A stretch of 64,000 nt of DNA, from the NCBI RefSeq assembly GCF_001194135.2, contig NC_068998.1, positions 508,186 to 572,185 of the forward strand, in the 5' to 3' direction. The notes under the pieces were generated by a model that saw only the letters and a program-made list of their open reading frames with translations, made no database searches and was not told the origin of the DNA. The position numbers and the translations under genes were made by a program. Source of the DNA: Octopus bimaculoides. Lineage: Eukaryota. Position 1 is the stretch's first letter. Every line of letters begins with the position of its first letter. This document shows positions 37,713 through 50,791 of this stretch, piece after piece.

Positions 37713-38526
37713 TCCATGCCCGAATTTTGTGAATTAATTTGTGTTTATTCCTGATTTCTTGTCATACACATGGCACCTATATGAATCTAGCTGAACTGAG
37801 TTAGAGAGAGTGAAATATTTGGATTAGGAACATTTCTTGCTGCTGCCGCCATTTACCCCCCCCCCCCNNNNNNNNNNNNNNNNNNNNNNNNNNNNNNNNN
37901 NNNNNNNNNNNNNNNNNNNNNNNNNNNNNNNNNNNNNNNNNNNNNNNNNNNNNNNNNNNNNNNNNNNNNNNNNNNNNNNNNNNNNNNNNNNNNNNNNNNN
38001 NNNNNNNNNNNNNNNNNNNNNNNNNNNNNNNNNNNNNNNNNNNNNNNNNNNNNNNNNNNNNNNNNNNNNNNNNNNNNNNNNNNNNNNNNNNNNNNNNNNN
38101 NNNNNNNNNNNNNNNNNNNNNNNNNNNNNNNNNNNNNNNNNNNNNNNNNNNNNNNNNNNNNNNNNNNNNNNNNNNNNNNNNNNNNNNNNNNNNNNNNNNN
38201 NNNNNNNNNNNNNNNNNNNNNNNNNNNNNNNNNNNNNNNNNNNNNNNNNNNNNNNNNNNNNNNNNNNNNNNNNNNNNNNNNNNNNNNNNNNNNNNNNNNN
38301 NNNNNNNNNNNNNNNNNNNNNNNNNNNNNNNNNNNNNNNNNNNNNNNNNNNNNNNNNNNNNNNNNNNNNNNNNNNNNNNNNNNNNNNNNNNNNNNNNNNN
38401 NNNNNNNNNNNNNNNNNNNNNNNNNNNNNNNNNNNNNNNNNNNNNNNNNNNNNNNNNNNNNNNNNNNNNNNNNNNNNNNNNNNNNNNNNNNNNNNNNNNN
38501 NNNNNNNNNNNNNNNNNNNNNNNNNN

Positions 38527-38832
38527 TTGATGTAATTGACGAATCCCCACCCCCAAAATTTCATGGCTTTGTGCCTTCAGTAGAAAGGATTATTATTATT
38601 GTCGTTAGGCGGCAAAGCTGGCAGAATTGTTAGCACACGGGTGAAATGTTTAGCGGTATTTCATCTGCCGCTACATTCTGAGTTCAAATTCCACCGAGGT
38701 TGGCTTTGCCTTTCATCCTTTTGGGGTCGATAAATTAAGTACCAGTTACACACTGGGGTTGATGTAATTGACGAATCCCCACCCCCAAAATTTCATGGCT
38801 TTGTGCCTTCAGTAGAAAGGATTATTATTATT
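38527..38832 (+). mobile_element. SINE family 2: full copy (38603-38832) preceded by an identical 3' end (38527-38600) at the gap edge
   Basis: Head 'aggcggcaaagctggcagaattgttagc...ctgagttcaaattccacc' with A/B-box-like motifs; the 74-nt 3' part plus (ATT)n occurs twice, 232 bp apart. Confidence 0.85.
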
Positions 38833-38850
38833 GTTATTATTATTTTTATT

Positions 38851-39199
38851 ATTACTTCCACCTTAGCAAAGGTGAAGGTATTGTTTTCAGTTGTGTTTGT
38901 TTGTCCATGGACAAAATATCTCAAGAACCATTGGATGGATTCAGATGAAACTTTCAGGGATGTTTAGCCTCATGACTGGCACAAACTGATTAGATTTTGG
39001 GATTGAGCTGATACCGGACAAGGATTCTGAGTTATTTTTCGTGCATTTTAATTTTTGAGGGAGGCTGGGTTCATTTTTATTATACTCGTTTGTGAGAGCA
39101 GTCAAGTTTATTTCAGATATTCTCATTTTAAAAATCACCTCTGGCTAATCGTTGAGAGAACATTGGTGTTGCCTTGGCAGAGGTTTGCGCTCTCTGAGT

Positions 39200-39203
<4 letters not shown>
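38851..39203 (+). mobile_element. Non-autonomous HINE/Helentron-like element, near complete
   Basis: 5' stem-loop cacctt-agca-aaggtg; 3' 'gccttggcagaggtttgcgctctctgagtactc'; T-rich flanks; second copy at 23169-23452. Confidence 0.55.
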
Positions 39204-39236
<33 letters not shown>

Positions 39237-39377
39237 GGCACATGGCTGCTTATAAATGTCAAAACGTTCCCAGGCAAAGAATGTACCCCACAACACAGAC
39301 TGATAGTTAGTGACTTAAGAATCAGGGCTAAGTGGAACATTTGCCAATATTCTGTGCCGTGAGGGCTAAAGACTTGA

Positions 39378-39757
39378 GGTATTTCATGTTACAAGGTAGA
39401 CAAAACACAAACCCCTTCAGGTAAATGGCCCTGTTCGATCTGTAGAAAAGGCGTAGGTAGAAACTCTATAAGATGTACCCAGTGTAAGCTATGGACACAT
39501 AAGAGGTGCAGCAATATCAAAGGAAGGCTAACTGGGAAGGTAGTTTTTGTATGTGGCAGATGCTCAGGAGCAATAAACACTGAAAATGTGCAGAGAACAA
39601 CTTCTGACACATTCCAGGGAGAAAAACTAGTAGTTGATAGCTTCCGTTACCTAGGTGACCAAGTGAGTTGTGGAGGAGGGTGCACTGAAAGTGTAGCTGC
39701 TAAAATAAGAATAGCCTGGGCAAAGTTCAGAGAGCTCTTACCTCTGCTGGTGACAAA
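39378..39757 (+). mobile_element. RTE-clade LINE RT fragment with embedded PHD-type zinc finger
   Basis: Uninterrupted frame TPSGKWPCSICRKGVGRNSIRCTQCKLWTHKRCSNIKGRLTGKVVFVCGRCSG...EKLVVDSFRYLGDQVSCGGGCTESVAAKIRIAWAKFRELLPLL: C4-H-C3 spacing followed by the RTE 'F.YLG...R...AW..FR' motif. Confidence 0.9.
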
Positions 39758-40075
39758 TCAAAGGACCTCTCACTACCCTGTTGTCCTCACTGGTCCCAAA
39801 GATCCAGTGAAGACCCATGTCCACAGCTCCTGCCCTCTGCTGCTATACAGACACTCTGTCTGTCTCTCTTTTGTGTGTGTGAGTGTGTGTGTGTGCATGA
39901 TAAAGTAGGGCTGCATAGCAAGGAGGGTTTGTTAATTATAGGATTGTTCTGTCATTTGGCTGGTCAGTAAGTGTTGAATTGATAGGGAGGATGTGGGTGT
40001 AGGCAATGGTGGAAGTATTGGGGATGGTGAAGAGACAGAACAGTGTTGTCTCAGGGGTCAAAAACAGACTATCAT

Positions 40076-40106
<31 letters not shown>

Positions 40107-40473
40107 TCAGAATATCTGATATTATCAGATCTGTTGATGGTGTGTGTTATGGCTTATAGACTGTATTTGCAGACCTATCAGATCCACACTAGTATTTAAA
40201 AGTAAAAAAAAAAAGATATTAAGATTATGATGATGGTACATATTGTCTGCCTGTGGGATTGAACCCAGACTGCTTAATTCTGGTTAAGGCTTCAACATAG
40301 GATGTCAGTGAGTGCAAGGATGTTGAAAGTAGAAAATACAAATCTGAAATGGAATCATGTAAACATTATTGTTAACAGCTGGAATTATTTATATCTCTAT
40401 GTTAGTGTGTTGTGGTAAGTTAATAATGTTGTTGGACATTTATGAATAATTATAAATGTGGTAGTATGTCTGT

Positions 40474-40515
<42 letters not shown>

Positions 40516-43500
40516 TCACCTTTGTCGAAGGGGAAGAATGTATGCATGTGTTAAGGCATGCATATCTGCACATTTGTGTGCATGTGTTTCATTCCATTGT
40601 ACTGAAGTTTTCTACATTGTTTGAAGTGTTTTAGGTTATCAGTGTGTAGCCAAATGGTGATGTGGGAAGTGTTTACGCTGGCTGTGTGTAGCTAGATGGT
40701 GATAAATACATGTTGTCAGTAAAGTAACTGTCATCTAGAGATGTTATTAACACGATGTGAAAAGATGACAACTATTGCTGCTGCAGTCCTCTTTCTCTCT
40801 CTCTCTCTCGCTTTCTCTTTCTGCTTCTCTCTCTTCATCCTCTCTCTCTCTCTGTCTCTCAGCCACTGCAGTAGTTAATGTGGGGGAAAGAATGCAAACT
40901 GCTAAGCAATGCAGAAATTTACAGCTGTAATGTTACCAAATTGAAATTATCAAAGCTGTTGACGATAGCAGTGGATTAAGAATTAAAAGTGGTGGTGGTG
41001 GTGGTGTAGAGTCTACAGTGTCTGTGTTTATAGTTGTGGTGGTTGTGTGTATAGTGAGGGTGGTGGAAATGATATTTGTTTGTATGCGAGATAAAAGAAA
41101 AAGGAAGAACTGGAGAATATCCTGATGGAAAGAGAGAAAGTGAAAGACATGGTAGAAGAGAATGACTGAGAAACCATGACAACAACATTGAGGTGTGCTG
41201 ACTTCCAAACTTAAAGAATTTACTTTGCAAACCTTCACCAATGTGAAAGTGGCAGCTGTCCCTGTTGTTTCTCATTCCGTATCATGTAATGGAGTAAAAT
41301 TAGGGGAAAAGGGACTGATTATATATTTATAATAATTAATGATGTTTTGGTGAGGAAAGGAAGAGGCGAATAAGAGTGAAATATTTAGTGTAAAATATCA
41401 CAAAAAATACTTTTGTTTCTCTAATTTTTTTACCCCCCCCCCCCCAATATTTGAATTTTTTCAACACTTTTCTTTTGCACATACATGTACACACACACAC
41501 ATATGTACCATTCCTCTCTCAATGACATTTTCACTCATTTTTTCCTAATTTATTTTCATGGTAATTAGTATGCATATTTTATTTCCAAAATCAATTCTAT
41601 CAATTTATGTCTTTAATAATGGTTAGACATCTCACTAAACAGTTGTTGTTGTTGTTGTTGTTCTGATGGATTTATATCTTCTTCTTCATTTCTCCATCCT
41701 TTCTCTATTTGTCTCTCTATCCATTTCACCAAAATATCTACAATTGATGGAACCACCTCTCTTACTGTGGCTTCTGGTTATGCCTAGCAGTTGTGTTTTC
41801 AAGAAGTGAATAAAATCAAATAAGATAAGCCACACTTTCAGAAAGTAAATTTGTTAATTACAATTTTTTTTTTAATTAGATTATTTGTTAATTTTCTGTT
41901 TTCAATTTTTCATTCCAGTTTTTATGTTTATTTTATCAATTTTTTTTCTCTCTCAATATGAAGAATTTTAAGTTGTTCCCAACTTTAAAATAAAGTTGTT
42001 TGCGTTTATTTATTTTTTCTGTTTCAAAATTATTGGCAATATCCTAGATATTCTAACTTTGATACCATTCACTTCTGCCAACCAAACTGGAGAGGAAATG
42101 TCTGCTTTCTAAAGAATTGATTTCATTTCTTAGTTCAGTTATCGATGTAGTTTTATGACGGCATTAGTATTTTTGATTTGAAGAAACAACATCAAGAATA
42201 AATAAACAAATAAAATAGCATCACAAGAGAGGAAAGTTAAAGCTGTGGAATTGGTTGTCATCTCCATTCACCAATCTATAAGACTGCACAAAACACCAGA
42301 GAAGAAGTAGGCATCATCTAGCAAGCACCACTCTCGTCTCACTCTCACTTTATATTTCTTCCCTTTTCATGTAATTTCTTCCTCTTATCCATTTACTTGT
42401 TGATTATTACATAGTTGTCTTCTTTTACTGTAGCGCCGTAAACCAGGAATTTATTCTCAATAAAGTCTAATTCCTTGGACAATTAATGTTATGAGAAGAC
42501 TTCGGTGAAGCCATCATCTCAAAATAAACAGTGTGGGAGAGTAGCCAGAATATATTTATTGAATTCCTTCCCTCCCCCCTCCCCCCCCATTCTGTCCTTT
42601 GTTATGGTAGGGAATCTCTGCTGTTAGAATTCTTTGTCATGGTTATTTACAAAAGGTTTTCTTCTAAATGTGTTACATCGAAGAACAGTGAGAAGAAGAA
42701 GAAGAGGAAACCCTTGGCAGTTATGAGTTCGCAATCTTCTAACGTTGTTGATTCCTACCTAAGTGGACGACATGAACGAGCTATGGTCAGACTCTGCGCT
42801 CTGCTTTGGATTGCCAAATTTCAGGACTATCGCATTAACTATAAAAACCACCAGCTGGAACTGAGGAAAACTGCAAAAAACAATGGCACAGACAACAAAG
42901 AGGAAGATGGTTGCAAGGAGGATGATGTCAACGAGGAGGATAATGATGATGATGATAATGATGGTGATGACAGAAAAATACAGGTAGTCGTCACCAGCAT
43001 TTACCTTACCTAATTACTATTACTGTTTCTTAAATTCATTTCCTTTCAGGTGCAAAATAATAAATATTGTTATCTGTAAATATCATTTTACAAAGATACT
43101 GCTATGTGAAAACAAGACATCACTGACAAAAATATATATAACATGTATGTAGAATAGTTTATATGAACATCGAAAAAATGTATATACAAAATATTTCTAG
43201 AATCGTTTACTGTGCATAATGATAGCAACTTGCACCTTTTGCATTCATCTTTGCTAAGTATTCTTGTTACTCCGTTTCTTATTGTTTTCATTATCACCAC
43301 TATCGTTATCTTTATTATCTTTTATTATCATTATTATTATTATTATTATTAATATATCCCTTATATGAAATCTTCAAAGAAATTCTTTGAGGATTTGCTT
43401 ATCACAATTTTGTTTCCTAAAACCATTTTAACCCCCACCACTCCATTTATTCACCCAATTCATTAAAATAACACAAAGCAAACATTTTTATGCATGTTTA

Positions 43501-43781
43501 TTGGTGTGTGTATATGTGTGAGTGCGCATGTTTATCTTTTATCTCTCTAAGGAGAACTGTGGATATGTGTGTGTGTGTGTGTGTGTGTACATGATTGCAT
43601 GGTTATTATACACACACACACAATATTTCTAATATAATTCATGTAAATTATATATACTCTCTCTCTCTTTCCTCTCTTTCTCTGTCTCCATATATATGAT
43701 ATTATAATGCAAATATATAAAAATGTAACGTGTTCATATTTACATGCAAGTGCATGTCGTGTGTTCATGCACACATCAGCA

Positions 43782-43812
<31 letters not shown>

Positions 43813-44360
43813 AGGCCTTTCTGTGTGTCTGTATATGAGACAAAAGTTGTTTGACAGAATGAACAAAATTTTAATAATAATTATGTCTCTGTTTATTAAC
43901 AAGACACACACATATCTATGTATGTATGCACACACATACACACACACACACACACACACGTGTATGTGTGTGTGTGTGTGTGTGTTCACAATGTAGGGTT
44001 GTAGACTTAGGGAATAATAAAAGCTACTGTAAAAGCTGGATAAAATACATATGTGAAATGGCATTCCGTTACTATCTTGTCTCTCTCTCTCTCATCAAGT
44101 GTGTGTTTAAATGTATGAACAAACTCTACACCATGTATTGAGAACTATCTTTTCTTTGAACACATACACAGCATGATAATATATTTGCAGGCTCTGCTGC
44201 CACAAGAATATAGAATACTTCTATCTCTTTCCCTTCCTGTATGTGTGTGGAGAGAGAGAGAGAGAGATGTACACTATAAAATTTTGTCTTGGCATTACAT
44301 TGCACTTTTATCTCACTCTTGTTTTTGTCGTTGCCACAAAAGAAAAGTAATACTGTGGTG

Positions 44361-44396
<36 letters not shown>

Positions 44397-45597
44397 GAGC
44401 AATTATTAATATTGTTATAAATAATGTTGTAAATATGATGACAAGCAAATAGTATTGACTAAGATGTTTATTATTTTCACTGTTGTGTTTATTTAGCTGA
44501 CATGAGTGTTTGTTTAGGAAGTGTGCACCATGTGACAGACCAGCATGGAAGAGGCCCAACTCCTGACCTTAGTCAACCATTACACCACCACCACCACCAC
44601 CACCACCGCTGCCAATAGTTGTAACATGGGAATAAAATCTGGAATCTACTTGTATTGATTTACTCAACTACGAAAGGAACTGCTGTGGTTGTGTAGTGTG
44701 GTAGTCCTCCTCTTCACGTTGGTATAATCTCCGTCCTCTTCACTGTGACCTTCTCTTAATCAAAGATAACCTCTGAGCTTATCCAATAGCTCACTCTGAT
44801 GACATATTGAAAGTGATCAGGTCTTTCACAGTAAACACAGCTTGTAACTTTTACTACTATTAATATTATTATTATAATTATTATTAGATTTTTCAGTATC
44901 CATGGCACAATTGTTGATAGACAGTTTTGCTGTTTTTCTTTTTTCGTGTGTGTTACTATTTATATCACATGAGGGGATCATCATCATCATGCACCTTTCC
45001 ATGTTGCCATAAATTGGATGTGTTTTTGCAAGTCAGTGTTTCACAGCCAGATGCCATTCTTGCCACCAACCCTCTCTCTCCCCACCCATACAACATGGAG
45101 GGACATGATGCTGCTATTTTGCTATTTGAGATAAAACTGTTTAAAGTCAGCCCACATTTATATCCATCCATCCATCCATGTTGGTGACACCATCAACATT
45201 GTCTTTTGAATCACGTGTTACACATTGAGGAATCCACATTATCTGCACCTTCCAATTAATTGTGAATGACACAGCTCAAGAACCTCAAAGGTTCTCGAAA
45301 AGAGAGAGACCTTATAATCACTGAGGGCCTTTCATGGTGTCAGCACACACACACATGCACATGAACACATTCACACACTGTGTCTCTAAGATACTAGGCC
45401 TGTGTTTCTGAAACTACTTCATGTTCGATCTTTGTCGACCATCTATAAAACACATTTGAGACCTTCATTGGAACTGGGGTCATGTATTTGAGATGGTACT
45501 GTAACTACATTCGCAAACTAACCTCGCCTACCCCCATTAAAAAAACTGACAAAGATTCACTTTCCAACACACTACAACCACTACATCAGACTATGTA

Positions 45598-45645
<48 letters not shown>

Positions 45646-46090
45646 CTGCTCTTCTCGACAAGCTAATCATATTCCATCTCCACCTCAGTCCACATGAAGT
45701 CCACATGAAGAGCACCCAGCTCTCTTCATCAAGTCAAAATTGTTGTGTCAAGTTAATAAAGCACTTGTTGGTTCTGTAGTGCTACTACCACTTGCACTGG
45801 TTAATTATTCCGACATGGTGGTCGGGGCATGTTTACACTGTAGCCATGGTTGCAAGATGCAGACCTATGCAATTTCAGTTGGTTGTCCACTACTCTGTTA
45901 TTCACAACACACACGGCGGATGGTAAACAATGATGATGATGATGATGATTAGATCATTCTATTCTAACTCTTGCTATTATTTCGTATCTCCTTTCTCTCA
46001 GTAGGCTTCATGCCTCATATCTTAAAAGAGATGGTTAAATTTTAAAAATTATTTTCCAGGTTATTAATCTCATCATTGTGTGTGTGTGTG

Positions 46091-46146
<56 letters not shown>

Positions 46147-46609
46147 GCATATATATCCACTGTAACTCTACAATAGTAATTTATAAGCTTATTAATAACA
46201 ACTCATTTCCAGCATATTTTAGACAAATTAAATAAAAATATTGTGACCTTTAGCATTTGAACTGGTCATATTCAGCCCAAATATTCTCCCTGTTTTATGT
46301 TCAAACTTGCCACATCTGGCCTCTCACACCTACCCTACAATGTCATTCTAAGAATAAACATTCACATTATTAAAATCTTGAAACTGTGAGATAACGCATT
46401 TTTAATTCAAAACAAAGTGAATTAATAAGCATAACGCTTGACAGAGTAATCTGAATGCTAAAGGCATAATTATAATTAAAAGCTAATTAACAATCCAAGT
46501 GAAGAAAAATAATCATGAACAAGTGGTGAAATTTTTAACTAACTTTCTTTGGCTTGTACTGCTAGCCTCATGGCAAAGCAGTCTTTTCATTACAGTAGTG
46601 AGATAGGAA

Positions 46610-46645
<36 letters not shown>

Positions 46646-46929
46646 CTTGTGTAATAGGCATTGTATGCTGCCCCAAGCACAGATCTGTAGAGTGATCAAC
46701 TTAGACTCAGTGATATACTGTCTCAATTGGATCAAACCAAACCCTTCAACAGACTCAACCATCAGCTGGGCCTGATTCCAGTCATTAGTACAGCCAGGTG
46801 TATCCTTGTTTACAAATCATTGTATATAGGCAACTATTTATTGGTCAGATAAAACTGGTCACCCATCAGAACTATTTCATAAGTTTTTTTTTTTCTGTTA
46901 AGGATGTTTAATAATTTCTTTTGTACATT

Positions 46930-47065
46930 TTGCCTCTTGAGTATTTGCTGTGGAAGCTAAAGGTATTGCAGAACATCATGGCTGGAAGTAGTCAACGAGA
47001 GGGCTGTGTTGGCATCTGCAGAGACTATTAACATTTTTGAAATGTGGATGGACACCATAGTACTG
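46930..47065 (+). pseudogene. Possible CR1/L2-like LINE 3' ORF remnant
   Basis: LEVVNERAVLASAETINIFEMWMDT loosely resembles the 'WN.LP..VV.A.S.N.FK..LD' terminus; weak. Confidence 0.25.
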
Positions 47066-47919
47066 AAGGAATATGAGGTGATAACCAATAACAGCCATTA
47101 ACCAGGACAAGATGGTGAGTTTGCTGTTGAGTACCTGTTCAGGCAAGTTTCTGCCATCCCAGTAGTGTAAGTCAGTGGAATCTAGTCTTGTTAAGATATG
47201 TGGGGTTTAATTTGGGTCAGATGTCCTGGTGGGTAGGAACTAAGGTGAGAAAGCGATTTGGGTTAGGTCAGGCAATAGTGGGAAATAATTTTTATATAGC
47301 TTCTGTCATTTATTACTACTTGACCATTTTCTAACCCCTGTTTCAACTGGCCAAGCTGGAGTATCTACTATTTTAGTTCCATTAGATGGAAGATATTCCA
47401 CTGTCCAGATATTCCTCTCTATGTAGAGACCACAGCCTGCCATGGTTGGTGGTATGTAGTCATGTACTGACACTACAACATCAGTTGGTGAGAAAATCTG
47501 GTTGCTATTTGTCTCTTTGACAGAACTGTAGTCCTTGGGTCAAAGGTTAGGTACCTGTTGTCAGGTGCTCACAGTTCTCTGTCAGCCAAGCAACAAGATT
47601 GGTGGTCCATCAGCTATTACAGACTCAGGAAGATTCTGGGCTCCATTAAAGTTCAATACCATAAACGGAAGACTTTCAGCCCAGAGACTTTGGATAACTC
47701 CCATAAATATCTGGTGGTGCTGTCAGTGGGTTCTGCTAGTTTCAGACAAATTCTTCAGCCTGTTTGAAATGTGTGCTCAACAGTGAAACTGTCCAGTGTC
47801 CAAGTATTGCCAAGTACGGAGTTTTGTTGTGGAACCATTGTTGCTATCAGCCAAGTCTGACATCAGGGTCACCTCACCGTTTTCCCTTTGAATGGGGAGC
47901 CAGAGCTCCTCTGTCTGGT

Positions 47920-48250
47920 GGCTATAGAAACATTCATTGTTTTGCAGCATCCTCTCTCTTCTTCTGGTAACATAATATTGCCCTTCAGATGTGTAACCAT
48001 CCTCTTGTGTGGATATGATGTTGACAAATAAGTTCTAGGCCTGGAATTATAGGGCCTTTCCTTGATACTTTTATTTTGGGGGAATTAACATTGCTTTCCC
48101 TCTTCAGCAGCCAGTCTGGTGTTGATTCTGGTTTGTTTACCACTTTATATATCCATGGTAACCAGAAATTAAGGACCTTTTCAATCCCAATAGCTTTCCA
48201 AATACTTGCTACCTCAATGTGTTGGCATGTGCCCTGCCAGTTAAGATGGG
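47920..48250 (-). mobile_element. R4/Dong-type LINE RT N-terminal fragment, heavily decayed
   Basis: Across frameshifts: IWKAIGIEKVLNFW...PESTPDWL..GKAMLIP...NSRPRTYLSTSY...MVTHLKGNIMLPEEERGCCK, matching 'P...P.WL..G.T.LIPK....NYRPITCL.T.YK......HL..N..LPEEQKGC'. Confidence 0.7.
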
Positions 48251-48422
48251 CCACTCTTGCAGAGCTATCACACACACACTACTTATGATCAATTGTGTTC
48301 TAGCATTTTGGTGAATACTTTTATTCCAATATTCCCACCCAATTTTATTTTGGAACTTCTCACTATCTTGCTGTGTCCCCTGGTGTTATTTGTTCTTTTA
48401 AATCTTATTAATATTCTTTTAT

Positions 48423-48625
48423 TCTTTTACTTGTTTCAGTCATTTGACTGTGGCCATGCTGGAGCACCACCTTTAGTCAAACAAATTGACCTCAGGACTT
48501 ATTCTTTGTAAGCCTAGTACTTATTCTATCGGTGTCTTTTGCCGAACCGCCAAGTTATGGGGATGTAAACACATAAACATTGGTTGTCAGGCAATGGTAG
48601 GGAGACAAACACAGACACACAAACA
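48423..48625 (-). mobile_element. SINE family 1, 3' half, well preserved
   Basis: 'cttttacttgtttcagtcatttgactgtggccatgctggagcaccacctttagtc...gccgaaccgccaagttatggggatgtaaacac...gacaaacacagacacac' then (AT)n. Confidence 0.8.
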
Positions 48626-48683
48626 TATATATATATATATATATATGCCTGGTACTGCAACGAGGCATTTATTATCATTATTT

Positions 48684-48910
48684 AGCCAGCAAGCTGGCAG
48701 AACCATTAGTATGCCAGGCAAAATGCTTCACAGCATTTTGTCTGTCATGTTCTGAGTTCAAATTCTGCCGAGGTCAACTTTGCCTTTCATTCTCTTTGGC
48801 GTCAATAAAATAAGTACCAGTTTAGCACTGGGGTCAATGTAATTGACTGGCTCCCTCCTCCGAACTTGCTGGCTTTGTACCAAAATTTGAAACCATTATT
48901 ATTATTATTA
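48684..48910 (+). mobile_element. SINE family 2, near full length
   Basis: 'aagctggcagaaccattag...ttctgagttcaaattctgccgaggtcaactttgcctttcat...ctggggtcaatgtaattgac' then (ATT)n. Confidence 0.8.
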
Positions 48911-49090
48911 TCAAAACAGTTCCATGTGAGTTCTGCCCCACCAAGTGTTGCCTCCATCTTCCCAAAGGCTGTGCAGCATCGCTTTATCTGTTTGGTTGTT
49001 ACTGCTGTTGATGATGATGATGATGATGATTATGTGTCTCTTGTGAAAGGAACAAAAAGAGACAGGAAAAGTTTGAGAAACCTTACAATT

Positions 49091-49123
<33 letters not shown>

Positions 49124-49899
49124 AACATACGTAGTTACTGAAATGCTGCCTTAGCAATCCTTTCCACATTGCAAGGCAGCATCACGGACAATATTCAAAT
49201 CTCTTCCATCTTTGGTCTTCTTCATTGCTCTTCCTTTTACTTTGTGTTGTTGACAACACCACCACCACCACCACCACCACTACCTCTACCAACAACACTG
49301 CTGCTGCTGCTACTACTACTACTACTACTACTATTGTAAAATAGATCAATGTCTTGCGAAAAAGTGAATCAATAACAAAATCCAATATATTTCTCAACAA
49401 CCTGGCTTCTTTACTAGTTTATACAGCCTTACATATATCTGTGTGTGTGTGTGTGTGTGTGCGTGTGTGTGCGTGCATGCATACGTGTACGTGTGTGTTA
49501 TGTGCGTTGAACTGGCTTGGTGCCCACATGATGATGTTGTTGTTGTTACTGTTGCTGTTAGCAATCTAAATAAAGTAATTAGTTTCCATCTAATATACAT
49601 GAATGCTACCTTGTACGTCCTCAAGTCCCTATCCCTTACGGCACATTATGATTCAGCTAATTTAGATCTGTTTTCACCAACCTATGTAACATTTCTTTCT
49701 CACAATCCGCCACTTTGAACATCTTTAGGTTAATGGAATCTAAAGTTTTAATGTAATAAAACATATTGAACATCATAAACCTTGACTAGTGGCAGGAAAG
49801 TATCACAAGCTGGCCCAGCTGGGGCAACCCTGCATTATGTCTGCAGCAGTTTCTATTGTCAAGATATAATAAAAACATTAAAATGGGAGCAACTGTTGA

Positions 49900-49939
49900 T
49901 TGCATTAATTGGCATTCTGTAATATGCCAATTAATGCAA
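49900..49939. other. Perfect 16-bp hairpin/palindrome (8-nt loop)
   Basis: TTGCATTAATTGGCAT-tctgtaat-ATGCCAATTAATGCAA. Confidence 0.9.
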
Positions 49940-50791
49940 CATTGTCAACTTGAAAGAGGCAAATAAATGGTTCAAGCACCATCAATGGTGCTGTTGGCCT
50001 CAGCTTTACTCGAATATGGTGGACTGTGACTTAAAGTACTGTCATTGTGGTAGAATCATTATCACCATTTAAGAAACGTAGGCACTGCTATATTCCTTCT
50101 TAGTCTATGTTATATAACAACATATCGACATCTACAATTTGGATCTGTAACATTAAAGCAAGGTTTTACAAATGGTTGCTTTCAAAAGCTGTATCTAATT
50201 AACCTGCAAATTAGAAAATTAAAAGTGTTCAACTCTGCAAATGCTGAAGGAGTTTGGCTATCAAATTGTGACTTGACGCAAAACACTTACTCTGCTTAAA
50301 TCACACAATGGTGGTTACACAATGTGTGTGTGTGTGTTTATAATTTAAAAAAATGCCAGCAGCTGTGTGGTTGATGTATAAGGTTGTCTAATGAGAAGGA
50401 AAAGATGGCAAAATGCCAGTAGTCAAATGGTAATAAACCAAAGAATTAACAAGAGAAAAAGGGAAGGTTGATTTCTCTGTTGCCAATAGCTTTATACGCA
50501 CACACACACACACGCACACACACACACACGTTAGTTTTAATGAATAGGGAAAAAGGCACACGACGCTGTAGTAAGTACCAGTGGTTGTAATCGACAAGTC
50601 CCCTCTCCACAAATTTCAGGTCTTGTGCCCTTTGTAGAAAGGATTATTATTATGATAGTCACTCGAGTCTGAGCAAGACAGTTCTGCATTTTCTTGCTGA
50701 AGAAACCTGCACTGATGATTTTTTATTTTTTTATACTGATCAATTGTTTGTGCTGTATATTGGCTCAGTCTGTCCAACAAATTGACATGGC

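Noticed and set aside
38527-38600. Apparent tandem SINE duplication
   Set aside because: The first copy is identical and begins at a gap edge, so an assembly overlap is as likely as a real tandem; not raised as a finding.
41141-41160. miR-71-like TGAAAGACATGGTAGAAGAG
   Set aside because: Only the first 12 nt match, and no hairpin partner lies nearby.
47480-47800. Possible Gypsy integrase remnant (NLPESVIADGPP)
   Set aside because: Single weak motif among many stops; could not be extended.
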